The position numbers and the translations under genes are program-made. Below the pieces are notes generated by a model that was given only the letters and a program-made list of their open reading frames with translations, was not told the DNA's origin and ran no database searches. DNA of 64,000 nucleotides from Batkoa obscura (lineage: Eukaryota): positions 1 through 64,000 of the forward strand of contig JASVEC010000010.1 in the NCBI GenBank assembly GCA_030770535.1, read 5' to 3'. Positions 37,975 to 51,548 of the stretch are shown piece after piece (position 1 is the first letter of the stretch; the number at the start of each line of letters is the position of its first letter).

Positions 37975-40815
37975 ATGGGTAAAGCTAAGAAATCTACTAA
38001 AAAGTTCAATAAGTCCAATCTCCAGACTGAGCTCAAAAATAGAAGAAAATTTAAGCAGATAAAAGCTAAAACAGGGAAAAACAAGTCTAGTTCATCTACT
38101 GCTGAAAAAACTGTGAAAAGTAACTAATTAAAACTTACTAAAACTTTGATTAATGTTAAACTAAACTAGGTAAAGATAAGGAAAGTTTAGGTTATTTAAA
38201 GGTTTCCGGAAAAGACTCGTAATATTTTAGGATATCAAATTGATAATTACTAACTAAAATAAATAGCACTACTACTACAGGTGATATTTTTGAACAATTA
38301 GAGGAAGCCGAAGTAATATACATACTGTTTGCAATATAATTTAATTAATGTTATAGGATTTCGATATATCTGACTCAGAAGGGAATGAAGGTAACTTTAT
38401 ATCATAAATTAAATTTTGATTCTCATTTCAAAAATAGATTCTGAAGAAGATATACCTGATCAAAACCTTGAAGATATAGAAGGGGAAGATATGGAAGAAG
38501 ATGCAGAGCAGGAAGATGCAGAGCAGGAACATATAGAGGAAGACATAACAGATGATATAGAAGAAGATATAGAAGAAGGTGATATAGAAGAAGAAGAAGA
38601 AGAATACATTAAAGAGATGGAAAAACTTAAGGAAAAAGACCCCGAGTTCTATAAATATATCGAAGAAAACGATAAAGCTGTTTTAGATTTTGGGGAAGGG
38701 GGTGATAAAGATGAAGTAGAAAACGCTGAAGCAGATGAAATGAATGTAAGAGTAAACTATTATTATTAAACAATATATCTAACTTTTTAAAGGGAACCTT
38801 TGATATTGGTTCAACTGTTTTAACAGTAAAACAAATCACTTCTTGGGAACAACACCTTATTAAAGTAATCTTTTTTATTTCAGATATCTATGGGAATTAA
38901 CTGTTTTAGTCAAAATCCCTAAATACTGCTAAGGAGCTTATATTAGCTTTTAGGGATGGTACTCATATCAATGACAAAAATGAGGAGGCCGGCCTTATAG
39001 CTAAGTATAGCTTCAATAGTGATAAAGGTATTTTGTTTAAGTTTATCATATTTTAACTAAATATCGTAGTATTTAATAAAGTTATGGTTGCAGCTATGAG
39101 GTCACTTCCAGGTTTTTTTAATCATCATTTAAAAACTGGGAATAATCCGTAAGTTTATTTAACTGATATTTACAAGGATCCAAACTAAACCTGTGTTAGT
39201 AAAACGCTCCCATCTCAATCAAAAAGTTGGAAAAAAATGCAAGCACTCGTTAAGACTTATTTAGAATCCATTGTCCATATGTTGTCTCAAATAACTGAGC
39301 CAGACATGATTAAGTTCATACTTGATCGTACTCAGGATTTAATAAAATATATTGCCTGCTTCCCAAAGATATTGAAGAGTTTCTTAAAATTATGGCTCGA
39401 GTTCTTTGGATCATCTAATGAAAGTAGTGTCTATCTTTCAGCCTTTTCTTTAATTAGAAAAATTTCAATTGTATCCCCATTTGCACTTGATTTAAGTCTT
39501 AAAGTAAGTTTCTGTATAAGGTTTTTTTAAAATAGTTAATTTTGTCAGGGGGTATATTCTACTTACATTCGTGCTACAAAATCCATTAATAATTACAACT
39601 TTTTACGTCTGAATGTCTTGAAAAGTCTCAGTGTAGAATTATTTGGTCATGATTTTGATAAAAGTTATCAATTAGCTTTTACTTCAATTCGTCAATTAGC
39701 TGTACATCTCCGTAACTCCATTAATAACAAGACTAAAGTAACTATTTTGTATAGCTACCTATAAAATTAACTAACGATTTTAGGAATCTTACACATTGAT
39801 TTATAATTGGCAATTCATTTCCTCAATATCTTTTTGGTCCAAAGTTTTATCTACTTACTGTAATAAAGATATAGAAGCCGAGCATGGTGAATCTCCGTTA
39901 CGTCCATTAATTTATCCCTTAGCACAAGTTACTTTAGGTGTCATAAGGTAGTTATTGTCTATTATTTGGACTATTTTTTGACTTTTTGTAGATTAATACC
40001 TTCTCCAAAATATTTTCCATTACGTCTTAATTGTATCAAAGCCCTTCTAGCACTTACACATAAAACCACCGTATATATTCCTATCTCGCCTTACCTTATA
40101 GAAGTAATATTTTTTTAATTAAAAATTGCAGTTTAATATAATGTTTAGATGCTTGAATCTTCCGAATTCCAACGTCGTGCAAGTAATTCTACTCTTAAAC
40201 CATTTAATCTCAATTTGGTTTTGAAAGCACCAAAGGAACATTTAGGAACGAAAACCTATCAAGTAATTTTAAATGAAAATAACAATAATGATGTTAATAA
40301 TAGTAGGATATGTTATCTGATGAAATACATGAATGTCTATTAGCCCATTTAGCCTCATTCTCCAATTCTATTGCTTTCCCAGAAATCACTCTTCCTTTAA
40401 TACATTATGTAAGCTAGTAACATATTAATCAAAAAATAACTAATAGTTGGAATAGCTTAAAAGATTTAAAAAGGCCTCAAAAAATATGAAAATAAATAAA
40501 CTTTTAGAGAATATTTTATTGAAGGTAAATTAGAATAGATTTTAAGGAATAGATCATAACTTTTTTAAAGATTGATGCCACCACAACAACAATTCAAAAA
40601 CATCGTTCTCAGCTTGATTTCGCACCCTCTGATGTTGAGAAAATGGTAAACTTAATTCAAAACTTTATTATTATTTTGTAATTTCGTTATTTTAGAAAGC
40701 ATTTGTTGACTCTGTATCTTCAGATGACACTCCTATTGGACAGTACTATACTAAATACCTTGAGATGAAAGCTAAGAAAGAGGCCTTACTCAATGATGCT
40801 GAGGAATCAGATTAA
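37975..40815 (+). CDS. NOC2: Nucleolar complex protein 2, multi-exon
   Basis: [11 protein letters not shown] start, [55 protein letters not shown]. Confidence 0.95.
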
Positions 40816-41163
40816 ATTTTTAACAAGAGTTATCTGAATCCAAAACCTTAACTATAATCATTAGATAGCAGTTACTACGTTTACTTTTAAAATATTAATT
40901 GTTTGAGATAGAATATAGCTTTATAAAATAAAATGATAGACTTTATTATCATTGCCTCTTTTGAATTAGAGCAGTTTGACATACATTTTAAATTATTTTT
41001 GGATATTACACAGAAAGTAAAATTTTGACTTTATTTAAATAGAATAAAATATCAACTTAATTTTGAATTTGATTTGCTTCAATACTTTAAATTATTTTTC
41101 GAAAATTTATAAAACTGTTTTCTAAAAGTAAAGGTGAACTATAAATTGAATTAGTAGTAGAGG

Positions 41164-42508
41164 ATGTATAAAGACTATAAGGTACAAAAGCCAATTTTGA
41201 TATTACTATTACTAAGGCGTCTATAGTTAATACTTCCATCAAGGGATTATGTAAGCCCAAATTTAATAAATAAATTATATGAAGAGAACAGGGAAAAGAT
41301 TGAGGTAAAAAATATAAGAATTTATGTAGGAAAATTAAAATTAGACTTAACCTAAGTCCAAGAAAAGCAATAAGAGTAAAAAAAGAGCAAACAAGAGTAA
41401 TATTTTAAAAGAGTCTAACTGGCTTAAGTTTAGAAAGGTATTTACTTTACAAGATTTAAAATGATAGAGATTAAAACTATTAAAGCAACTACTTTCTAAG
41501 CTGATAAAAAATAAGCAAAAAAAAAAAGGAGAAGATAGTACTGTAGAGTAATTTAATTTCAGATCAATAAATAATATTTTTATTCTTTTTTAGGATTACT
41601 GAATTGTAAGAATAGGCTAATTGTTATTTATAACTAACTATATTTCATAGAGAAGTCAAAAAAGAAAACGTATTACAAGAGTTAAAAGACAGATTTAAAA
41701 AAGTTCAGTCATATAATCAAGATGAAACGTAAACTCTATCTTTTTAAAGAAAATAAGTTTTAATTTTGTATAGTATATCTAATTTTGTAGCATTGAGTAC
41801 AGCTTTTATATACATTGAAAATAAAATGGAACGTTTAGCCAAGGTTACTATCGTTGATTCAAATGGTAGGCTTGTATATAATGCTTTCGTTAAATCTTCA
41901 AAACAAGTAGTCAACTATAACAAAAAAGTATATGGATTTACAAGTGAAGACTTCAATAAAGGTATAAAATTAAGCTTCGTAGTTAGATAATTAAAACTAA
42001 ATAAGTTGAAAGGTAAACCATTTCTAAAGGTCCAAGAAGAAGTAAAAGATATAATAGAAGGAAGGGTATTAATTGGAGCAAATTTAAATAAAAGTTTATC
42101 ATTACTGAACATTACACATCCCAAAATAAACTCATGTGATATTGTAAAATTTCGACCTTTGCTTAAAGTAAACTGTGGGAGACCATTAACACTCAAAAAA
42201 ATTTCAAAGCATCTTTTAGGGTTATGGATCCAAGATAAGCCTATCGATACAGTAAGTTGTATAGTTTAATTCCAACGCAAATTTTAATTATTTTTAAGGT
42301 AGAAGACTCATACGCGTGTATGGCAATTTATAGTATAATTAAAAGGTCTATAAAAAATCCTAATCCAGTCGAAATTAAAGCTGGGGATGATATAGAGTTA
42401 CTTCCAACTAAAAATAAACCAAAGGAAATAAAAAAGAATAAAAGGAAAGGAACACAACCAAGCTCTAAGTTTGACAAGCCTCCAAAAAAAGAAAAGACAG
42501 AGAAATAA
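41164..42508 (+). CDS. REX4-like DEDDh exonuclease-fold protein with degenerate active site (5' exons and start uncertain)
   Basis: LAKVTIVDSNGRLVYNAFVK, PFLKVQEEVKDIIEGRVLIG, LKKISKHLLGLWIQ and VEDSYACMAIY follow the Rex4 pattern. Confidence 0.8.
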
Positions 42509-42788
42509 TTAATATAGAAGGATATAGAATTAGAAGTTATAATATATTTATGCTTTATTTAAGCTCTACTTTTCTAAGTGTTTTTTAAAGCTGTAAATAA
42601 AAGTTTAAAAATATTAACAACTGTCAATAATCAAGTTTTTTAAATGAATCTTTATTTTTGAATCAAAAGAAAAAAACTAAAGTTGAACTATTCTTGATGC
42701 TAATGATTTTAAAATACCATGATTTTAACCCCTTTTCATTTTATTTATACTACAGTTCATAACATAAGTGAAAATAAATTAAATCATA

Positions 42789-43056
42789 TGGGGGTGTTTT
42801 CTTGGTTTCGTTACTTTTTTCATTTTTTAAGCCCTATTTAAGCAGAAAAATTGTTAGTAAAATCCTTAAACACAAAAATACATCCCCATATTCTTTACTA
42901 AAAGTTGGATATTTGAAAATCCAAAGCCCAAACTTATAATGAATTTATATGAGGATGTTTTTTTGATTTCATTCATTGCTTTTTTCATTTTTCAAGCACT
43001 ACTAGAATGGAAAAGTTATCAATGAAATCATTAAACGAAAAAAATACATTCCTACA
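42789..43056 (-). mobile_element. Two MITE copies (42789-42888, 42950-43056)
   Basis: Reverse-complement consensus; the first has intact TA-TGGGG...CCCCA-TA ends. Confidence 0.85.
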
Positions 43057-43237
43057 TCTTCAGCTTGTTAATTTGCTAATTTTATAAAATAATCCAGTAT
43101 TACTACAAAATTCCATTCGAAAATAGCCAACCATTTTTAATTTTAAGCTTTTAGTTAAAATTTATGACAAGTATTCATAAATAAATTTAATTTGATAAAA
43201 CTAATAAACTTTTTTTAAGTAAGCTAACTTTATAAAA

Positions 43238-43993
43238 ATGCCATGCTCATCTGGATGCGAAGATCATAATCACGAACAAGATATTGAGCCTTTTAAAAAA
43301 GAAAGTTTATTAGGAAATATAGACATAGATAATATCAGATGTCTTAATGAAGCAGAAGAAGATTCAGCTAAACAAGTTTTTAAACCATATGAAGATTGTT
43401 TAAGTGAAGAAAAAGTAAACAGTAATTATACACTGCTTTCATCAAATTTATATTTTGTAGTTTCTAAGATCAGATTGTGATGAACAATTATTAATATTTG
43501 TTCCGTAAGTCAATAATGATCCTTGGTATATTTATTAACATCAAGCCTAGATTTACTGGACAAGTAAAATTAAAAAGTATTTCATTGAAAGTAGGGCGGG
43601 GTGGAAGTGCGCCAGATAAAATGAAAGTATATATAAACCATGAAAGTATCGATTTTGATACAGTTGAAGATTTGGAAGAAGTACAAAGTTGGGATTTAGT
43701 TTCAGAACATGATGGTGTAATTGAATATAATACTCGTATCTCTAAGTTTAATAGGGTCCGTAATTTAACTCTGTTTTTTCCTAGTAATTTTGGAAATGAT
43801 AGTACTATTATTTACTATATTGGATTAAGAGGGGAGTTTATGGAGGTAAAAAAATACTTAATGATGGTTTTGATTAAATTAATGTCTTTAGATGAAACAA
43901 GCACCTATAGTTACTGTTTATGAAGTACAGCCTAATGTTAAAGATCACAAGATTCCAGGAATTGGAAATACAAATAACCATCAAATAGGATAA
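43238..43993 (+). CDS. PITH-domain protein (PITHD1-like), three introns
   Basis: IRCLNE, SDCDEQLLIFVPFTGQVKLKSI, LTLFFPSNFG..TIIYYIGLRGEF, VYEVQPNVKDH. Confidence 0.92.
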
Positions 43994-44027
43994 ACTATAA
44001 ATATAATAAACAAGTATCAAATTTTTA

Positions 44028-45695
44028 TTATTCTACTTTTGTTTTCTTCTTAATAAAGAATAAATTTAATAAATTTGAGATCGTTTTATAAAGAAGATAG
44101 GAGAATAGTGAAAATGAGAGTAGAATAGGTAAATAAATATCTAAAAGGTAACGCTGATAAAGGGATAAATTTTGTTGAGGTAATTGAAAGTGAGAGTCAA
44201 TACAATTATTATTATTAATCCATTTAAATAAGCTATTGTTACTTTGGCATATTATTTTTAAGTTTAATAATTGTTGTATATAATTTATTGCAGTATCTAT
44301 ACCATTTTCATTTTGTTTTGATAACAAGTTTGCTCTTTTTAATGATAAATTGAAAGTATTATCCTTATCATTTATAATGGCCATTATGTTACTTGAATAT
44401 TTGTTTAGTTCTGAGTTAAATGGATCCATATATATTCCAATACCCATTTCAACTGCTTTACGTGCATTCCTTGGTTGATCAACAGATAATGGTAATAATA
44501 ACATAGGTTTACTATAATGAATAGACTCAAATAAAGACATTAAACCACCATGCGAAACAAATAGCTTAATCTGCTGTTGACTTAATATTTCTTTTTGATT
44601 CAAATATTCAACTAATAAAAAGGCAGGGTGGTTTAATAAGTCAATAGTATCTTCTATTAAATCAGAATGAATATTTAATAAACTTAAATTATTTAATAAA
44701 TATTTGTTTGCTATTATAACTCCATCTATTTCTCCCTTTTCTACTAAATTTAATAAACCTTTTAATAGTTTTTTGAACTCACTATTAGGAGGATAAAATA
44801 TGGTACCAAAGCTAACATAAACAATCCTCTTTCTTAATTTTAAAAACTTTACTATTTTTTTATCCAAAGGTTGAACTTGCGTTGAAGTTCTTATAATTGG
44901 TCCTATCATTTTAACACTTTGATCTAAAGGTCTATTCACTTCTAAACCATGGAATGTATTAAACAATTTTAAGTGATTGAATGGGCCAAAAGGCACTCTT
45001 TTCTTATTAATGTTATTTCTCTGTCTAATCTTATCTAGCTTGATTATGTACTTACTTAAATAAACTAACTTTGATATCTTATTAATAAAAGTATAATAAA
45101 TTCTTTCATAATAGCCTAACTCATATAACTGAGTAGGCGTATAATGGAATTGGGAAGGTGAAATATAAGGGGAATTTAAAAATGGGAAAGATAAGTCAAC
45201 TGTTTGAAAACCGTGTATAATTGGTAAGTTCAAACTTTCTGCTGCATCCAAGCATGCAGTAGACATAAAATCACATATTACAAGATCTGGTTTATGTTCT
45301 TTGAATAGTTTGAAATACGATTTTAAACTTAATTCATAGTTTGGTAGCAATAGATTGCCTAATATGTTTGAGTACATTTCAATCTCATTAGTTTTTGGCT
45401 CTTTTCTAGTTACTGCTTCACCCCAAATTTCAGATTCTCTTTTTAATACCCTATTCATATCCCTCTCAAGAACTAAATTAGTTACGTTATATCCCTTACT
45501 AAATTTTTGGTTATAGTCATGGCTAATATAATAAATGGTATGATCATATTTTTGTTGCAAATCTTTACATATTTCAAAGAGATAATTGACGTGACTTGGA
45601 GTCCCGATCTCTAACCCAATCATTATTTTTTTGTTTGTCTCCTCTCCAAGAATATAACATAATAAACACAATATTAAAGTTTTTACTATTATCAT
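44028..45695 (-). CDS. UDP-glycosyltransferase (GT1; UDP-glucuronosyl/glucosyltransferase type), membrane-anchored, intronless
   Basis: Signal peptide, PSH catalytic His, DLVICD, VYVSFGT, UGT signature QKEIL...FVSHGGLMSLFESIHYSKPMLLLPLSVDQPRNA, C-terminal TM helix plus KKKTKVE. Confidence 0.93.
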   Translation of the reverse strand: MIIVKTLILCLLCYILGEETNKKIMIGLEIGTPSHVNYLFEICKDLQQKYDHTIYYISHDYNQKFSKGYNVTNLVLERDMNRVLKRESEIWGEAVTRKEPKTNEIEMYSNILGNLLLPNYELSLKSYFKLFKEHKPDLVICDFMSTACLDAAESLNLPIIHGFQTVDLSFPFLNSPYISPSQFHYTPTQLYELGYYERIYYTFINKISKLVYLSKYIIKLDKIRQRNNINKKRVPFGPFNHLKLFNTFHGLEVNRPLDQSVKMIGPIIRTSTQVQPLDKKIVKFLKLRKRIVYVSFGTIFYPPNSEFKKLLKGLLNLVEKGEIDGVIIANKYLLNNLSLLNIHSDLIEDTIDLLNHPAFLLVEYLNQKEILSQQQIKLFVSHGGLMSLFESIHYSKPMLLLPLSVDQPRNARKAVEMGIGIYMDPFNSELNKYSSNIMAIINDKDNTFNLSLKRANLLSKQNENGIDTAINYIQQLLNLKIICQSNNSLFKWINNNNCIDSHFQLPQQNLSLYQRYLLDIYLPILLSFSLFSYLLYKTISNLLNLFFIKKKTKVE

Positions 45696-46589
45696 TATTA
45701 ATTTTGAATTTTTTGTTTAAGTGTCTTTTATTTTTATCATTTATTACATTTTTATATTCTTATTTGAATATTATCATTAATACTTTAGCTTATCTTAGTT
45801 TGATAATCTTAATTCTATTTTCTTGATCTTCACTTTAACTTATTTTTTGCTTATTTTTTTTGATAATTTATTGATATTACTGTTATTGAGGATAAAATTA
45901 AAGCATCAAAATTTTAAAGGTTTCAATTTTTGCTATATTGTAAGCTGAAATTTATTTAAAAAACAGTAATTTATTAAATGTGTAAGAAAATATGTTATTT
46001 GTTAATGATTTAAAAAAAATTGATAGATGTGTTCTATTCGTTTGTTGTTATTAACTACTATGAGCATTTTATAAGGTTATTTATAGTATTTAATACTACA
46101 TTTGTTTAATTAAAAAATACCCAAATAGTTATGTAAGTGATGAATTTATAATTAACTGCTTTTCAATGTTTGCTATCAAATTTAATCTCATTTTGTACTT
46201 CATTTAGTATAGTTAGAAATTAAACTCAATGATTGAACCTAAACAAAGGTAAACTGTATATGAAATATTCCATAGCTTACAGGAATATCTATATCTAGTA
46301 TCCATGATTGATCCTATTTAGCCAATCGTTAGAGAAATAAAGTTATCGACTAAATCAAACTTAAAATAAACTGAAATTAAACGTTAAAAGTAAAAAAGTA
46401 GCGGGTCATAAAAGAGAAAAAGACAATTAATAAGAATAATAATATATAGATCAGCCAAAATTACTATTTCAAGGGGCATATTAATAATGAATAAACATTA
46501 TTTATGTAAATAAATATAAACAATAATTTTACTTTTTTATTTTTATTACTTTATAAGATCTTCACTTTATTTTTAATTAATTTAATTTA

Positions 46590-48252
46590 ATGGAGTTCAT
46601 TCAAACGGGTATAGTGGACTCACCAAGGAGAGTAAAAGAGTCAATTTCAAACCCAGACTTCGACTTTATAATGGAGGATAACAGACTAAAATCACCATTA
46701 GGAAACATATTACAATCCAATATAAACGCATTTCAACATAAGAAAAACTTACAGTTTCAGATAAATAAAGATCAAGTAGGAATTAAGATTATAACTAATA
46801 ATTTACTAACTTACTAACTAAAATCCAGGTCAAAACAAAACCAATTGTAAAAGAGAAGGATGATATTCAATTAAAATGGATGTTAGCTTTGGAGAAAATA
46901 AATAGATTAGAGAAAGAGTTGACTTTGACAAAAGAAGAAAATGAGTTACTTCAACAAAAATTGAGTCAAAACGAACAAAATTATTATCACGGCTATTGGT
47001 TTATTTACAAACAATATATGGATCTACAAGAAAGATATTTCAAAAGGAGGATAGTAGACTCATCACAATTAAAAGAAGCTAATGTACAAACTGACCCTTT
47101 ACCTCCAATTCCAGATGACATATTGAACAGGAAATTTCAACCATCTAGGTTGCCTCCAAGAATCCAAGACGAAATTAAAAAAGACTTAAATATACTAAAG
47201 GGGTTCCAATCTCAACCAAATTTTAAACATTCTCATCAACCTTCTACTCTATCTGATGCGTCTACAAAGCTCCATGATATTTTATCCCCTTCAAAGATTA
47301 GTATTTATAAGGTAAACCAAATTAAATTTCAAAAATAAATTTTAACATAAAATATAGACTGGGAACCATGGCTATAGTCAATCAGGTATATAACAATAAC
47401 AATAATAATACTATGAGTTAATTTTTACAATAGTTGAAACATTAAACCAAGATAATATAAGTTATGAAAAAGATAAAAATAATGGAGAGATAAGGACTAG
47501 TAAATGGATGGTAAATACATATTTTAACATTGCTACTAAATTAATAATTATCGTTTAGAGTACTTATAAAAAATTTCAAAAGGTGAGATCAATATTTAAT
47601 AAAACCTAACAAAATTGTTTGATTTATTTAAAGGTGAGTAGTGCGGGCTTATTTTAAATAAATCTTTTTTTGATATTTTATTTTAGATTATTTATTAAGG
47701 AGTCTTGATTTTAATCCCTTGTTTTAGGTAAAACCTTACCATCGAGCTTCCCCTTCAAATGAGAATATAAGGTTTTCTACTTTCATGGCATGGGATAATT
47801 TGAAATTAGACTTGACCAAAAACGATAAAGAAGCTTCTTTGGATAATGGTGATATTAGTGTTTTTGATAACAGCGAAATGAGTTGTACATTGATAGAGAG
47901 TAAAGAAGATCAACAGTTTCTTAATAATAAGAGAAAAGTACATAACTTAACTGACTTTATAGTTCAAGAGGCTGAAATAAATCTAGATGATTATAGTAAT
48001 AAAATTGTGGATACTAAGGGCAATACCATAACTGAAAGCATAGTGCCAAAAAATAGTGATCAAGAAGATAGTGTATCAAATGGTGAGGATAAGGATACTA
48101 CACTCGGAAGCATTGATAATGAAGACTCCATATCTATAAATAGTAGTGAGGAGCTTAATTTTGATGACTTGGGACCTCATTTAAAAGAAGAGGTGACTGA
48201 AATAAATTTTGAGTTAGATATGGAAAAGAGAAAAAGTAAATTAAATTTTTAA
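46590..48252 (+). CDS. Uncharacterised protein with coiled-coil segment and acidic C-terminus, multi-exon
   Basis: ORFs 46590-, 46880- and 47785- are linked by plausible short GT-AG introns; no family recognised. Confidence 0.6.
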
Positions 48253-48357
48253 TAATCTCAGGGAGATAATTAAACAAATAAAACATGTAAATTATTATTA
48301 AATTTAATTCCATTTCAAATTTTAAGTTGAATAATTTTTTGACTTTTTTGTTAAATA

Positions 48358-48996
48358 ATGATAGTGGGCATTGGGGTTGATGTTTTGAAAATAACACGTA
48401 TAAAAGCAGTTATCAGTAATGAGAAAAAGCTAATTAGATTTACTAATAGAATATTAAGTTTGAATGAAAGAAGGGAATTTTATAATTTGCTTAAAAAAGA
48501 AGTTAAACTAACCAATTTATCAGAAACTATACAATTAACAAACAAAGAGTTTATAGATAAATATAGAATTGGTAAAAGCTAGATATTTTAATTTATTTAT
48601 TTAAACTTATATTCGGTCTTTAGTTTATAATAAAATGGATCACTCTTCTTCCATATTAAAGTATCTTGCTTCAAGGTAATTAAGTTCAAATATCAAAAGC
48701 CTTTCAATTAATAAAGAAGTGTTCAGATGGGCGTTAAAGGAAGCTATTTATAAAGCAGGGTATCCTGGGATAAAATTTACTTGGAAGGAAGTTGAGATTT
48801 ATCATCAAAATAGTAAGCTATAAAATTATATTATTTATATTATAATTTATATTAAGGTAAACCATGTATACGAATACTATCAAATGAAGCAGAAGCTTCA
48901 AAACAAAATGATGATTCTAAAATTTTAATATCACATTGTAGCTTATCCCACGATGAAGATATCCTCTTTGCACAGGTTTTATTAGAATCCAACTAA
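48358..48996 (+). CDS. AcpS-type 4'-phosphopantetheinyl transferase (Ppt2-like), multi-exon
   Basis: MIVGIGVDV, LASRWALKEAIYKA, GKP, SLSHDED motifs. Confidence 0.9.
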
Positions 48997-49556
48997 ATTG
49001 TATTAAATCGTAGATCATATATAAAAAGGCTGAGCTCGTGCAATAAAGAAGGTTTAAATTTATCTCTAAGCTATATTTACATAGAATTTATTTTACAATA
49101 TAACCAAAGCAACTGAATTGAGTTATATAGCAGTGTATTAATAGATTTTTACCAGAAGAAAGCCTTCTTTCCTTTTAACGTTTTGTTTGTTTTTAAGTTC
49201 AAAAGTTTAAAAACTTTCATTGAAATGTTGAAAAAGATAAAGCACTTTTGTTTTTTTGGTTTATTTATGTATATTTTGAATTATATTAAGAGTAACAGTT
49301 AATAAAAATAATTATGTATAGTATTATTGAGCTAGAGTTTCAATACCTAAAATAGCTCTTATAATTCATTATGTGATCATGCTTTGACGATTTTTAAATG
49401 ATAACATTTAATAAGTTAAAATCAGTTTCTTAAAGCTATTTATCCAAAAGAGTAACAAACAAATATTGAACTATATTAACACCTTTAATAAGAGTATAAT
49501 TGATAAAGCAATAAATATAGAAATATAAAAGTAAAATTGACAATAATTTATTTTTC

Positions 49557-51548
49557 TTAAACATCATTATTAATAGCATCATTTTGATTTGTGTCCTTTT
49601 CTAAATCCTTTTGGTCGTTTTTATCTTGCTGGTTTTCTTCTTGGGTTTCAACTTTGTCAGCCTGTTTAGCAACACTTTCATCAATTTCTATTTCTTCCTC
49701 TTCCTTACCCTCATCCTTACCCTCATCCTTTGATTTATTATTTTGTTCGCTTTTAGAATCATGAATATTTCTTCTACTATCTCCTTCATCTTCAGAGTCG
49801 GATAATTCTCCTGGATGTACCCTTCGGGAATATGAATATTTTTCTACATACAATTAAACAAATTCATAATAAAACAAATTCATTACCTGTTATTCTTATC
49901 TCTGGATCATCAATGTCTTCATCATCACTATCAACATATACGTCTCTAGGAACCTCTTGCATTTGAACTGAGGGTGCAAATGGAAGATTTCTCATATTTT
50001 CAAATACAAACGATCTAAAGTTATGTAAATAAATAAACTTGAAAAATAATAGTACTAATTACTTAATCCTATCTAAATATTGTAATGAATTTAAATTATC
50101 CATATTATTTGAAGGTACAGTAAGTTTATATTCTGGCCCATAGTAGTTAAAATATTCATTATAAGGAAGATCTTCTTCTACAGTTTTTCCTACTAAAACT
50201 GAAGTTTCATATGTCCAAGCTCTTGCTACATTTCGGATTGAATACCCTCCTCCTCCAAGTACAAGTAAAGGGACATTAAATGTTTTCACAAACTCAACAC
50301 AATTACCATGACCTAATTAGATATTTGAAGTTATTATTTAATTTCATAGAGTTTTGAGGTGTTAAGTAGTATGTTATAAATTTTAGTACCTTTTCCTGAA
50401 AGATTGAAACAGCCTAAACGATCACCTGCTAAAGAATCAGCACCACACTGTAATACAATTGCTCCAGGTCTATAAAATTCCATCACTCTTGAAATAACTG
50501 ATCGAAAAATATAATCATAGGAAATATCATCTATTCCATCTTTTAAAGGGAAATTTATGGCATAATACTTTCCTCTGTTTAACCCTACATCTTTTAAATC
50601 CCCAGTACCTGGAAAATATTCACCAAATTTATGAAATGAAACGGTCATCACTCTATCAGTTGTATAGAATGCTTCTTCCACTCCATCTCCATGATGTACA
50701 TCAATGTCAATATATAATACTCTTTGGTGATATCTTAAATAAAATAAGCTTAACTCTTTAAATTTATATAGAAATAAAAGTACCTTAATAGTTGTATTAT
50801 AGAAAGAACAATATCATTGACGTAACAGAATCCTGATGCCTCGTTCTTCTTAGCATGATGCAAGCCTCCAGACCAATTAATAACTATATCACTACGACCC
50901 GAGTTTAAATTTACAGCACCATCTTATATATTAACTATTAAATACTATTTGATATTGAAAAATAGTTTACCTATTGAGCCACCAGCACTGATCTCGCAAA
51001 ATTCAAATAACCCCTCGTAAACTGGACAATCCTCTCCAGCAAAAACTAAAAAAGAGTTAATTGAAAAAGCTGATTTGAAATAATTTACATTTATTTTGAT
51101 GAGGTCCAAAATACTCAGCATTCTCAGGGGTGACTCTTGAAATGAAGTCAATATAATCATCAGTATGAAATGCAGTCATTTGGGCTCTAGTTGCACGAGA
51201 GGGTTGCTATTAAAATTATAAATACAAATTAAACTCGAAGTGACATAACTTACTAAAATTTCCATATGTTTATACAGACCATAAGAATTAACCAAGCTAT
51301 TTACCATTCTCATCCTATGTGGCTTCATTGGGTGTCCTTTTTAAAGTTAGTCTATTTCTAATTATAAATGAACCATTTACCAGAAGCAAATTGATAGTTT
51401 CCGACATCCTCTAATAATTTAAATTAGTATAAGATATTGTTAATGAATATTAATGAGTGTTGTGATATTTGTTCTTGTATAGACTTTATATTGAATGAAT
51501 ACGTGACTTACTGTCATAGAAGTAAGATACAGTAGGGTTATGTGACAT
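49557..51548 (-). CDS. RPD3: Class I histone deacetylase, multi-exon
   Basis: [81 protein letters not shown]. Confidence 0.93.

Noticed and set aside
44028..48996. Secondary-metabolite cluster (UGT plus PPTase)
   Set aside because: No PKS, NRPS or terpene synthase is present, and the PPTase is AcpS-type, which typically serves mitochondrial ACP, not Sfp-type.
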